A stretch of DNA of 61,564 nt, counting the filler, from Stramenopiles sp. TOSAG23-2 (lineage: Eukaryota), in the NCBI GenBank assembly GCA_900128395.1. It is 3 parts of 3 records of this genome, joined end to end, with 100 filler letters (N's around TTAATTAATTAA, not from the genome) between each part and the next. Parts side by side here need not be neighbours in the genome. Positions count along the whole stretch, not along the records: positions 25,782 to 51,459 come from LT649449.1; positions 51,560 to 61,564 come from LT649484.1; 1 more part is not named here. One strand, 5' to 3'. The translations under genes were made by a program, and so were the position numbers. The notes beneath the pieces are model-generated. The model had not been told where the DNA came from, made no database searches, and saw nothing but the letters and a program-made list of their open reading frames with translations. Below, piece by piece: positions 42,049 through 52,748 of the stretch. The stretch's first letter is position 1. Every line of letters begins with the position of its first letter.

Positions 42049-45000
42049 ATGGAGATGCTTACGGAAGATTTGAAAGCATTAGTTTTAGACGGATCTCTTA
42101 GCTTAAACCAAGCATTGTCCTTATTAAACTTACCACCAGTAACTAGTGTTCTTGAGGATGATACTATTAATAATATCACTAACAACCAAAAATTGAATGT
42201 AGATAAATTGACAAATGATTCAACAGTCGCCGTACCAATTCCATATAATAATACCAATGATGATGATAATAATAAGAGTGTAAAACCATTACCACCACCA
42301 TCTTATGAGTCTGTAGTTGTTGATGATGCCATGCAAGATGAGGAAGATATACGGAACAACCCAACAACTGTAATTGATGTTCTGTATGGCCATGAATTGC
42401 CCCAATATTTAGAAACTTTAAAATCTGTTTTAACTTCAAATAATGCAAGTCTTGGAGAAATTGAAAATGCATTGCAAAGTTCCACGCAGCAATCTTTCAG
42501 CGCAGTCAATGACCATGCTAGAAAAAAACACCTAGAAACGGAAACATCATCTAGTTTATCTATGACAGATGTCCAAGATGCGAGTAAATTTGCAATGGCA
42601 ATTGTTGAATTAACGCGTTTTGATTCAAAACAATATGAAGATACGCAAAATACTTCAACAATTATTGAAATCATCAATATGTTGATTGTTTGGAATCGCA
42701 ATGGATGGATAGAAACCTTTTTAATGAATTGCCTTGGAAAAATTATTGTCGATTTTGATTTAAATTTCACGTTTAATCGTCCAGAGAAAAATATGAAACA
42801 ACCTCTTATACTTCAAAAATTAAAATCTTGTTTGAAATACCATGAAAGCAATAGTAATAAAAGATTACGTAGGCAAAGTCTTACTGCTAATACTAATAAA
42901 AAAATGCCAAAAAATATAAAAGATACTTTGGTAGACTTAGAGAAAGTTGTTGTACATGATCTGCGACAGCGAATAGCTTTACTCATCTTAAAGCAATGGA
43001 AAACATTAAATGATCAGCAAAATGTAAGTAATAAAAAAATTCTGTTTGCAAGCCCCAAATTAATTGATGCATACAATAATATTAATAATCATAATACTAA
43101 TAATGATATGGAGGACGCTACAACTAGTAACAACTATAATAATAATAACAACAATAGTCGAATTTACAAAAAGTTCAATAGAACCCGGCGTAGAACATTT
43201 ATTGAAAATTTAACTGCAGCTAATTCCACGCAAACAACTGATTATTCCAAAAATGTCGAAAGTGGCAATAATTATAATAAAATAAAGAAGTCCCCACCTT
43301 CACCACATGTTAGGCGCAAAACAATAAGTGTTGCACCATCACGTATGAGAGTACAGAAAGAAAAAAATGTTAGTTGGTATGCGCTACGACCACCTGATTC
43401 AACAAATGTAGTATTTAAAACTCTCGGACCAAAAGGAGCAAATGCGGCTTTAAAAGCTGGTGCTTCAATGTTTTCTGTCCCTAAATTAGAAACCAAAAAA
43501 GAATATTGGACACTTGAGTGCAATGTTCTAGCGAATCAACAAATCATATGGGAATTCCATGCATATCCAGCATCTAATTTAGATTTTTCTTTGAATTTTA
43601 GCGTTAACGTTGATTCGAACGTTGTTATTTTCCCTTCTACTCAAGCATCGAATGCACCAAATGCAGGATCATTACAGCAAGGCGAGGGAGGTACATATTC
43701 ATTTCGATTTTCATCTAGAAATGTGTTAGGTTACACTGATCTGTGGTGTGTGGTTCGTTGCCCCAAAGCTGAAAGGGAGGATCAAGAGCAAAGAAGAAAA
43801 TATGTTCGTGCAAGTCGCCCAATTGTTATTTCACATGCATTCGCAGATAACAAGTATCTAGCAAGCAATACACCATCAACACGTGCCTGCTTTGCATCAG
43901 ACCCATCTTCCGAAGTACGCATGTGGAAGCGATTTATTGGAGACGAGCGTATTACAGGAGAATCGCCTGTTTATATTGAAGCAAAGGGCAAATTTCTCTC
44001 AATTTCGCAATTACAGGTAAATAAATTGTTTTTTTCAAGTGTAAAAGCTGAAGACGCTACGTTGTTTTATATAAGGGGCATTCATCCATCCGAAGAGTTG
44101 ACAATGAATAAACAATTTGAATTGGCAGTTGTTAAAAGTGATGGCGAATATGTTATATGTACTTCATTAGAAAAATATGCCGGAGAGAATGAACTATGTT
44201 TAACATTGGTACGTGAAGCCAGACGTGATAGCCAGGAGAAGAAATTTGAAAATATTCGTCGAGTGACTTTCATTGCATCACCATCAACTAGTTCTAGATA
44301 TCATGGTTCCAGCGATGCCAATGATCCGGTATACAGAGAAAGGCGATTGACTAATTTAGGAAATGATATTAGCGGGAAAGTTTGGTTAGAAAGGGCGGTC
44401 ACTTTAGGAATATTAGATACAGTATCGTCTTCCTCAGCAAGAGAAGAAGCATTATGGTTCCAAGAAATGGAAAGAATTTCTTCATTACAAAGTCATGCAA
44501 AAAATCAAAAACATGGAAACCAGATAAATACAGAGCGTAAAAATATGGATAATAGCAATAATTTTGAAGACGCAATACAAGAAGAAACCAAGGAGGAAAA
44601 AATGAGGAAGACTATCTTGGAATATATCTTTTTGAACCAAGATATAGATGGTGATGAAGTTGATGAGCATAAAAACAAATTAATCAAAGAGCAACGTAAG
44701 GAAAGGCTATATCATATTTTACTTTCCATTGATTTAATTGCTTTAGATTTTTCTTCAACAGTGGATCATATAATATCTATGTTGGAAAGACATCTTGAAA
44801 ACGATGAGTTCTTACAGGATGATGTACTTTTACTAAAAACAGTTTTGGAGCAGAATAAACGAACAGTAGCTCGTCATGATAAATCCCATGATCGTGTTAT
44901 TGATGCACCAAATGAAAAAGAAAATACATTTTTACACTGGGTAGATAAAGTATCAACACTGGCAGAATGTTTTGCAACATATGATAGAGATTTATATAGT

Positions 45001-47013
45001 AAAATATTGTCGCCTTCATCATTAACGTCCATTTTCATTCAAAATAATAATAATAATGATACCAATGGAAGGAAAATTAGTAAGCTAAAATATTCAAATA
45101 TGAAGGATGATTTATCATATGATAGGACTGTCCGCATTGCATGGCTGCAGAATGGTATTTTGCAAGAGGATAAAGCTATGGATCGGGCTACTATAATTGA
45201 ATTTGTAATTTCTTTAGCAATGGCATCAAAAACACTAAATAATTACAAGATGTTATTATGTTGTCACGATGCGTTAATATCAATGCCAATTTTACGTTTA
45301 GGAAAAAGTTGGGGGCTTGTACGGGAAAATTTTCACAATGAATTTGCAATGCTAAAAATATTATGTTCACCATATGAAAATTATCGAACTTTACGCAGCA
45401 TCATGGAGAAACGAAACTCTTTTATACCATGTTTTGCACCATTACAAAATTCGATAAATCATATTTCTCATCTTCCTTCCATCTTATTTATTGAAATTGA
45501 TAATGAAAATGAGGATTGTGAGAAAACAAAAACAACTGATAATTTTATTGTACAGAAATCAGAGAAATTCAATTGGAATAAATATCTCCTATATCATGAT
45601 GTAATAGCACAACAGTACGAAGCATCTGAAAGAACGTTTGAAAATTTGCCATTATATATATTGAAACAACCGGGAAAACAGGTACCGGCTGTAGGCGAAC
45701 GTGGCATGCAAGAACAATCATCAAAATCGGGTAAGAAGAAAAGCGATAGGCATTCAAAAGACGAAGAAGTATTATTGGATGTGAAGAACTTATCATTTAA
45801 CACAGTTATAGATAAGAATATAATAATGCAAAGATCTAAAAAATTAGAGTATATTAAAGTAGGAAAGCAAAACATTTTGAAATCAATCAACGACGTTGCA
45901 AATGATGTTGCCTCCTTAATTGTCCCAAAACAGAATTACTTTTTGCCATATAAGCATAAAAAAGATTTTGTTGGCGTTGCTTTGTTGCATGACGTACCCA
46001 TTTTCGTAGAAATTGCTGTTGAAACCATATTTTGCAGTGCATCAAAAGTATCTCTTGAAGCATTTGAGGAACAGTTTTCCTCAAACTTTATAAACGGGTG
46101 TTCCTTTGCAGATTTAATTAAAATTTGTAGCGATAACATCATTGCCTTATCTGATCATGTCATGAATAAATACCGTAGTGAATTGTGGAGCAAAGCTGGT
46201 GATGAAGCAGAAGAAATGCATGTTCGAAAGGCTGTCGCTAAAGTAGTACTAGGTCGAACTCAATTGCGTTTATGGGCGACAGTTAGACGTGATAATGCCA
46301 TTGAGGATGAGCATCATATGAGTTGTGTTAGCAAAATGACTAATGTTCTAACGGATGAACAATTGTGGGACCTATGCACGGACAGCATCAATGATGAAGA
46401 GTCTTTACCATTTTTGAGCTCATGGAAAAAGGCAATTATAGCTTTAAACAATATACAATATACCGATAATCCATATGATAAGTTGCACTTTGTTCGTAGT
46501 ATTTTCCAAGCTGTCGAAGTTGAGGCGAAAGAAAATAAAATGAAGCCGCTGACAGCTGATGATTTAATGCCAATAATATTGTTTGTTGTTTGTCGAAGCG
46601 ACTTGCCATATAAGTGGAGCACTTTAAAATATATCGAGCCATTCATAGAAATTGTACACTCTTTTGGGGGGTCTTTCTCTGGCTTTGACAGTTTTTGCAT
46701 GGCAAATTTTGAGATGGCAATGATTATTGCTGATGCTTATCCAAATTTTTATAAACAAAAGTCACTTTCGTTGTCTAGACAAACATCGTCAAGCTCTTTT
46801 TTTGCTGGCGAGGGTTCTCCTAAAAGTAATGTAAATGGGACTCATAATGGCGATGATTTGCTTGCCGCTGTTGTTGCGTTAGATGAAAACAATAAAAATG
46901 TTACAAAAGTTCGTACTAATATTGAAATTCAAGAGTTTGACGAGGGTGATGGCATTATAAAACGATCAGAAGGCAAAAAGATTAACATGCAAGAACTTCC
47001 TTTCATTGATTGA
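42049..47013 (+). CDS. Large GEF-like protein: possible GOLD domain, RasGEF (CDC25)-like domain and C-terminal VPS9 domain
   Basis: LNNY...PILRLGKSW...ENYRTLR...FIPCF (RasGEF-like); PYDKL...LTADDLMPIILFVV (VPS9); IIWEF...LDFS...GTYSFRF (GOLD-like). Confidence 0.78.
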   Translation: MEMLTEDLKALVLDGSLSLNQALSLLNLPPVTSVLEDDTINNITNNQKLNVDKLTNDSTVAVPIPYNNTNDDDNNKSVKPLPPPSYESVVVDDAMQDEEDIRNNPTTVIDVLYGHELPQYLETLKSVLTSNNASLGEIENALQSSTQQSFSAVNDHARKKHLETETSSSLSMTDVQDASKFAMAIVELTRFDSKQYEDTQNTSTIIEIINMLIVWNRNGWIETFLMNCLGKIIVDFDLNFTFNRPEKNMKQPLILQKLKSCLKYHESNSNKRLRRQSLTANTNKKMPKNIKDTLVDLEKVVVHDLRQRIALLILKQWKTLNDQQNVSNKKILFASPKLIDAYNNINNHNTNNDMEDATTSNNYNNNNNNSRIYKKFNRTRRRTFIENLTAANSTQTTDYSKNVESGNNYNKIKKSPPSPHVRRKTISVAPSRMRVQKEKNVSWYALRPPDSTNVVFKTLGPKGANAALKAGASMFSVPKLETKKEYWTLECNVLANQQIIWEFHAYPASNLDFSLNFSVNVDSNVVIFPSTQASNAPNAGSLQQGEGGTYSFRFSSRNVLGYTDLWCVVRCPKAEREDQEQRRKYVRASRPIVISHAFADNKYLASNTPSTRACFASDPSSEVRMWKRFIGDERITGESPVYIEAKGKFLSISQLQVNKLFFSSVKAEDATLFYIRGIHPSEELTMNKQFELAVVKSDGEYVICTSLEKYAGENELCLTLVREARRDSQEKKFENIRRVTFIASPSTSSRYHGSSDANDPVYRERRLTNLGNDISGKVWLERAVTLGILDTVSSSSAREEALWFQEMERISSLQSHAKNQKHGNQINTERKNMDNSNNFEDAIQEETKEEKMRKTILEYIFLNQDIDGDEVDEHKNKLIKEQRKERLYHILLSIDLIALDFSSTVDHIISMLERHLENDEFLQDDVLLLKTVLEQNKRTVARHDKSHDRVIDAPNEKENTFLHWVDKVSTLAECFATYDRDLYSKILSPSSLTSIFIQNNNNNDTNGRKISKLKYSNMKDDLSYDRTVRIAWLQNGILQEDKAMDRATIIEFVISLAMASKTLNNYKMLLCCHDALISMPILRLGKSWGLVRENFHNEFAMLKILCSPYENYRTLRSIMEKRNSFIPCFAPLQNSINHISHLPSILFIEIDNENEDCEKTKTTDNFIVQKSEKFNWNKYLLYHDVIAQQYEASERTFENLPLYILKQPGKQVPAVGERGMQEQSSKSGKKKSDRHSKDEEVLLDVKNLSFNTVIDKNIIMQRSKKLEYIKVGKQNILKSINDVANDVASLIVPKQNYFLPYKHKKDFVGVALLHDVPIFVEIAVETIFCSASKVSLEAFEEQFSSNFINGCSFADLIKICSDNIIALSDHVMNKYRSELWSKAGDEAEEMHVRKAVAKVVLGRTQLRLWATVRRDNAIEDEHHMSCVSKMTNVLTDEQLWDLCTDSINDEESLPFLSSWKKAIIALNNIQYTDNPYDKLHFVRSIFQAVEVEAKENKMKPLTADDLMPIILFVVCRSDLPYKWSTLKYIEPFIEIVHSFGGSFSGFDSFCMANFEMAMIIADAYPNFYKQKSLSLSRQTSSSSFFAGEGSPKSNVNGTHNGDDLLAAVVALDENNKNVTKVRTNIEIQEFDEGDGIIKRSEGKKINMQELPFID

Positions 47014-47299
47014 AATTAAAACAAAAAGAATAATAAAATATTACGAACTCGTGCGAGCGTGTTAGAGAAAATGAAAATTAGTGATCCTAAAGTATTTCGT
47101 TATAATATCATCTCGCAAAAAGGAAAAAAAAAAAGACCCCGTGTATTACTCGTAGGTGTATTACTCGTAGGTATAAAGTATGTGTATGTGTGTGTGTGTG
47201 TGTCTGCGGGGGTTTAATTCTCATTTTTATTATGTGGCATAATATAATACGTACGAAGTAATATATTATATATATATATATACGAAGTCGTATATAAAT

Positions 47300-47677
47300 C
47301 TAATATAAATATTTTCTTCTAATTGGATTTCTTTCCTCTTGATGCTTGATCGCTTTATATGCGATTTTATAATTTTGATCCAATACATTATCTGTTGGGA
47401 TAAATGCTAAAGTATCAACTTGAGTAAAGAGATCTTGATCTCGACCATTGGTTACAGGTACTGGAGGTGTTTTGACTAGCCATCTATCCCAAAAGCTTTG
47501 TTCTCCAGGTTTAAAGAGAGCTTTGTATTGATCATACAAAGGAATCTCTTTTTTTCGCGTATGTACAACTTCTTCTACTGTTATCTCATGAAAATCATTT
47601 TCCCGTCTCTTCCTTTTCTTTTTTTTCTTTTTGAAGCGTTTCCCATGCTTTTTAATTTTCTTCCACTTTTTCTTCAT
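47300..47677 (-). CDS. Hypothetical basic protein
   Basis: 125-aa ATG ORF, Lys-rich N-terminus, complex C-terminal half. Confidence 0.5.
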   Translation of the reverse strand: MKKKWKKIKKHGKRFKKKKKKRKRRENDFHEITVEEVVHTRKKEIPLYDQYKALFKPGEQSFWDRWLVKTPPVPVTNGRDQDLFTQVDTLAFIPTDNVLDQNYKIAYKAIKHQEERNPIRRKYLY

Positions 47678-48343
47678 TTATATATTATCTATTTTCTTTT
47701 ATGGACTCTTGTATGTGTAATATATATATATATACATGTGTATATATAAGATGATAAAATGTGTGAATAATATATCGATGTGTGTGTGACATAAACGTAT
47801 ATATATATTTTGTTTTCACATGGCAACATGGCATATTTAAGGACATATCAGTCGTCGTACTAAAAAAACATAGAGTAATACACTGATAATTTATCACTCT
47901 GATTTTGTATATACCTTATTTATAGGCGCTTACGAGTTACATGATATAGAGTAAGTATAGATATAGAGAGAGGCATAAATACAGGCTGCCGAATATTTGA
48001 GGGAAACGCGGAGAAAGGAGAATTCTACAGTACATCGAGTACCGCACTACCAATTTATATATTATACTTAGTAAACTATGGATTAGATTTATAATTTATT
48101 TAATCATTTAATCCTATATGGTCCTAGACTTTTGCAACTTTTCCTATCATGCTACTGTATCATGCTATGCGGTGATGAACGTTGTGGTATTTCCATGCAC
48201 GTATATATATTATAATACATATATATATTTGTAAATTATATATTCAGAAATATATTTACCAACAATATACAAAAAACAGTTTCTTTCCTAAAAGTATCTT
48301 ACAAACTATTACTACTACTAATCACGTTGTATAAATAGATTAG

Positions 48344-51259
48344 ATGGGAAAAGCCGGAAGAAAAGGCGTGAAGTCATTGAAGACGTTGGTGAAGTCATCC
48401 ATTGCTCTTACCAAGCTTCGGAAAAAACGGGCAAAGAAAAAACCACCATCGCCAAATACAGAGAAAAATTTAAAAAAAATATTAAATAAAGATGAAAATA
48501 TAAAAGCAAATGAGAAAATTATCGTTAAATCAAGTACAGTTAAGAAGAAGAAAAATCTGAGTCTCAAGTCTCTAATAAAAACAAAAATGGCTTTATCTAA
48601 ATTGAAAAAAAGTGCTTCTGGTAAAAAAAAGAAAAAGGCCAGTAACAGCCCCAGATCAAATGTCAAAAATAAAAGGTCCACGTCCGTAGCAGCTTCAACA
48701 CCAATAAGTGAAGAGGTAGTATCAACAGCCGATACTAGCAATATATACAATAAAAATAATGATGATAATGATCACAGCAACGATACAAACAGCATGATAG
48801 ATAACGTTTACGACCAATCAATAGATGATATAGAAGTTTTACCCCTTTCTCAAGTACAAGCAATAAGGACAATAAGTGCACAAGTAGTTGAAGAACTATC
48901 GGAAAAATTGAAAACGTCATTAATTAACGACATCAAACATATGGTTGCATCTGAAATACAACAAAACAATAAAGAAAATATACATGGGCATAGATCTACA
49001 AGTGCACAGCATGAACGACCAACCGGCAGTTATCAGAGTAATTACACTCAAAGCTTTTCACGTAGTCGCAATGATTACCAATTTCATGATGTGCCAAATC
49101 CTATAAACAATACAGATAGATATAACAATCCAAAAGTTCCATCATTACAATTCGAAAATCTAAATCAATTTTTACAAGATGCAAGACATTATTTAACCAA
49201 TGAATTGTTAATGGGAGGCATCAGTGGTAATAAAGATAGCAAAAAAATACGTAGAACTGCAGTTTCTGCAATGTTCAATTCTAATAATTCAATAAACAAC
49301 CGCAATCATGGAGTATACCGAATGAATAACAATCATAGGAATAATAATTATACCAACCATCAACACACGAGCAGTCATTCAACACAACATATTTCAGAAA
49401 ATAATATTCTTCATAAAAATTTAAATGAACAACACTCATCACCATCAGACTCGCATAATAAACATACTAGAAACCATCAGCATCATAGGTATCGCCAAGA
49501 TCATCAATATGATCATGTTCCATACCCTACAAATTTACGCACTGGTGATGCTGAAGAATATTCCCAATATTGCAAAAATAATAGTGACAGTAAACACGGT
49601 AAAAATCGTCAAATAAATCCATATCATAGTAGTAGTAATCACCACTACCACCACCACCACCAACAACAACAACAGCAACAACAACAAAAGCGGAAAGATT
49701 ATAGAAATAATACACATACAACCAATCACGATCATACAACGATAGCTAAACACACAAATAAAGATGAATGGAGAAAAGAATTGAAATTTAATGATAATAA
49801 TGCGACTGATGCGAAACATCGAGTTTCAGCAAGCAAGGCAAAGAAAGAAAATGACAATATAAAGTTGGATAATAATGATGATGATGATGAATCGCCAGTG
49901 ACGCCAATTAAAAAAAATAATTATGGTAAGAAAGTAACTGATATTGACAAAATGTTGATAATTGATTCGTCGCTTAATACGGACATTCAAATGAAAAAAA
50001 ACAATAATAATAATGACGAAAAGAATCAAGATAATATCAATGTAAAAAAAGTAATGAAAACAACTCAAACTCCTTCAAAAGAAGTTGTTGAAAAAGATAC
50101 TATGACTGGAAATGACGAGATGGAGGATGAATACGATGAGGAATTAGATAAAATACCTATACGAGCAGAGGTACCAATCACAAATGCACGATTGAGAAAT
50201 TTCAAAAAACGTGGAAGATGGTCATCAATGCTTTCCGCCGCTTTAGACATTGAAAATATTGATATTAATAGTAATCAGAACGAAGAAAATACTGCCGGGC
50301 TCCCATCAAAAGGTAAATTCAAAGACCCAATGACAGGCATAACATTTAAAAATCCTGGTATACAGCACCCATGGTCAACAAGTCATATGACAGCAGAAAG
50401 TAAAAAACAATTTATTGATAATATTAGACGAAAGCATCAAATGGAAAAAAAAGTTAAAATAGACGAGCAAAGTGGAGTAAATCTATATCAATTAAAACCA
50501 TCTTTAGAAGAACCAAAAGCGCAAAACATTTTAATGCATCGATGTTTACGTAGTTTAGGGGTTAAGGATATTGGTACAAAAAGTAAATTTGTTGAAAAAA
50601 TTTCCGATATTGAAATTAATGTAGAGTTGCCATTTTCAAATCGTATTTTAGACATGATGTTAACATTTTGCCATACAAAAAATATAGACGCGTCAAGTTT
50701 AGCAAGGATCAAATCCATATGGCTACAACTTGAAGTAGATGAACAGTGTATCCCACTCGGGCATCCAGTTAAAATTAAATGGTTTGACCTATTAGTACAA
50801 CTTGGCTCAATGCCATCATCAAAATCCTCTAAGAAAAAAAGTGGAAAGCCCAGAAGATCATCCATATCTAGCAAGAAAAGTGGCTTGACATCAAAAGCAC
50901 TTAGGCCGCCGGCTTCAATAAAAGGCTCTGTTCGTGGATCTAGAAGAGGTTCAACAGCACGGAGTTCCATAAAAAGCTCTGTGGCCGGTCCTATGAAAGC
51001 TACTACCACTAGTGCAAGCAAAAAAGGAACAAAAATCACAAATATCGGACCAGTATTAGTACCATATGAACGAAGCACTGGTAAATGCCATTTCCCCGTT
51101 GTACGCCGCACTGTTTTACACACGGTGACAGCAAAGAAATCGGAGAAAATTAACTACTTTTTGCGATTTGAATTAGGTTTCATTGAATCATTTATTGAAA
51201 AGCTATATGAAAAATTGAAGTTATCAAATGAATTATTAGATAGTGTGATAGAGGAATGA
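48344..51259 (+). CDS. Hypothetical low-complexity protein (K-, N-, H- and Q-rich)
   Basis: 971-aa open frame; no family recognised. Confidence 0.7.
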   Translation: MGKAGRKGVKSLKTLVKSSIALTKLRKKRAKKKPPSPNTEKNLKKILNKDENIKANEKIIVKSSTVKKKKNLSLKSLIKTKMALSKLKKSASGKKKKKASNSPRSNVKNKRSTSVAASTPISEEVVSTADTSNIYNKNNDDNDHSNDTNSMIDNVYDQSIDDIEVLPLSQVQAIRTISAQVVEELSEKLKTSLINDIKHMVASEIQQNNKENIHGHRSTSAQHERPTGSYQSNYTQSFSRSRNDYQFHDVPNPINNTDRYNNPKVPSLQFENLNQFLQDARHYLTNELLMGGISGNKDSKKIRRTAVSAMFNSNNSINNRNHGVYRMNNNHRNNNYTNHQHTSSHSTQHISENNILHKNLNEQHSSPSDSHNKHTRNHQHHRYRQDHQYDHVPYPTNLRTGDAEEYSQYCKNNSDSKHGKNRQINPYHSSSNHHYHHHHQQQQQQQQQKRKDYRNNTHTTNHDHTTIAKHTNKDEWRKELKFNDNNATDAKHRVSASKAKKENDNIKLDNNDDDDESPVTPIKKNNYGKKVTDIDKMLIIDSSLNTDIQMKKNNNNNDEKNQDNINVKKVMKTTQTPSKEVVEKDTMTGNDEMEDEYDEELDKIPIRAEVPITNARLRNFKKRGRWSSMLSAALDIENIDINSNQNEENTAGLPSKGKFKDPMTGITFKNPGIQHPWSTSHMTAESKKQFIDNIRRKHQMEKKVKIDEQSGVNLYQLKPSLEEPKAQNILMHRCLRSLGVKDIGTKSKFVEKISDIEINVELPFSNRILDMMLTFCHTKNIDASSLARIKSIWLQLEVDEQCIPLGHPVKIKWFDLLVQLGSMPSSKSSKKKSGKPRRSSISSKKSGLTSKALRPPASIKGSVRGSRRGSTARSSIKSSVAGPMKATTTSASKKGTKITNIGPVLVPYERSTGKCHFPVVRRTVLHTVTAKKSEKINYFLRFELGFIESFIEKLYEKLKLSNELLDSVIEE

Positions 51260-51459
51260 GTTTGATATTTTATTATAAATGTATGTGTGAATTTTCATAA
51301 TAGAAGGATCCTGTGCGTAAATAAGTGTTATATATCATACTTGTACAACTTGTATCACTTCTCTCTGCTTATATGTACAGAAATTCCAGAGAGAAAATTC
51401 GTATATATATCCGATTTGACCTTAATTATGTATAATTCTGATATGCCACAGAGTCTCTG

Positions 51460-51559
51460 NNNNNNNNNNNNNNNNNNNNNNNNNNNNNNNNNNNNNNNNN
51501 NNNTTAATTAATTAANNNNNNNNNNNNNNNNNNNNNNNNNNNNNNNNNNNNNNNNNNNN
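51460..51559. other. Artificial contig-joining linker (N44-TTAATTAATTAA-N44)
   Basis: Same 100-bp layout as 25682-25781; spacer at 51504-51515. Confidence 0.95.
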
Positions 51560-51689
51560 CTTCATGTGTATCTTAGATATGTATCATATCATATGATAGT
51601 TTGAAAAACAATTTAAACTGTGAGACTGGATAAAATTAAAAATAATTCGTGTACGCGTAATCTTAAGGATATTTTTAGTAAACAATACG

Positions 51690-52604
51690 TTACTCCGGCC
51701 GAATCTGTTTGGCATACGACCTGATGGTGTCAATATTTCCTAGCACCAGAAAAAACGTGTACGAATACTTCGCATTGGCTGGCAGTGAAAGTGTTTGCAC
51801 GGGCGCTATGTAACCTGTGGATGCATCGTGTGATTTACCTGTTCCTTTTTTTCCAGAGAACCCACCAATAAAGTTGATCGTATCAAAATTAACGACACCC
51901 ATCCCAAACCCTTCTGCGTTTACCAACGCAGCCCAATTTTCATCCGCGACAAAGTGCCCAGGGATCCATGGAAAAGGTTTTGAAGTGTCGAAACTAGCGT
52001 TGTACTCTTTGATTAGACCATTTTCAGACGTAACAAGACGGTAGAACGGACCGTTAGAATAAACAGCTGGAAGTTCTTGACTCATTGGCGGGTACACCGT
52101 TGTGTCGGCCCTATGGTTGTGTAAAGTAACTTCAACCTTAGCGCCGGTTCCGGCAGGCCCTCCAAGGGTTATATTTCGCTCAAACTCGCACTCACACGGT
52201 ACATTGTCACAAGCCCACTGCAGGGGCTTAGTAACAATATGAATATTATCTGACTGAACAGTCCTGGAAAGCACCGCCCCATGATTGCCCTTCACATCAC
52301 CGGCACCAATAGGATTCCATGGCCACTTTTGCCCCCTAAAAAGTTTATTGCATTTTCCGTCTGGATTATAAAAATTTGGTCCAGCATAAAAAGATAATTG
52401 AATTTCCCTGCCCATATCGTAACAGTTAACAATATTATCGTTGCTCCCAGACGCCGATAAGTAACCAATAGACCCCCCACGAGAATTGTCTATGCCAAGC
52501 CGCAGAACACCATTGTCAATGTAAGTAAAGTTACTATCCTCAGCTGCATTCGAAACTTGGAACCCGAAGGCACACAGAACGAATATTAAGAGTTGGCTTG
52601 TCAT
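51690..52604 (-). CDS. Secreted beta-rich protein of unknown function, bacterial-like
   Basis: Signal peptide, IDNGVLRLGID..RGGSIGYL, DMGREIQLSFYAGP, WPWNPIGAGD; visibly higher GC than neighbours. Confidence 0.75.
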   Translation of the reverse strand: MTSQLLIFVLCAFGFQVSNAAEDSNFTYIDNGVLRLGIDNSRGGSIGYLSASGSNDNIVNCYDMGREIQLSFYAGPNFYNPDGKCNKLFRGQKWPWNPIGAGDVKGNHGAVLSRTVQSDNIHIVTKPLQWACDNVPCECEFERNITLGGPAGTGAKVEVTLHNHRADTTVYPPMSQELPAVYSNGPFYRLVTSENGLIKEYNASFDTSKPFPWIPGHFVADENWAALVNAEGFGMGVVNFDTINFIGGFSGKKGTGKSHDASTGYIAPVQTLSLPANAKYSYTFFLVLGNIDTIRSYAKQIRPE

Positions 52605-52748
52605 CGTTTTGCTTTATTGAGTGTAAAATATACTGTTAGTATCGAAAAAAATCACTTATTAAATAAGAAGAGACGAGATCGTCTTAATTTTCCCCCCGAT
52701 TAAACAAACTTCATTATAATATTGCCTGGATTGTGACGATGAGGCTCT

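Noticed and set aside
47141-47203. 16-bp tandem duplication plus (TG)n tract; many (TA)n, (AAT)n and (ATC)n microsatellites elsewhere
   Set aside because: Ordinary slippage repeats in an AT-rich genome
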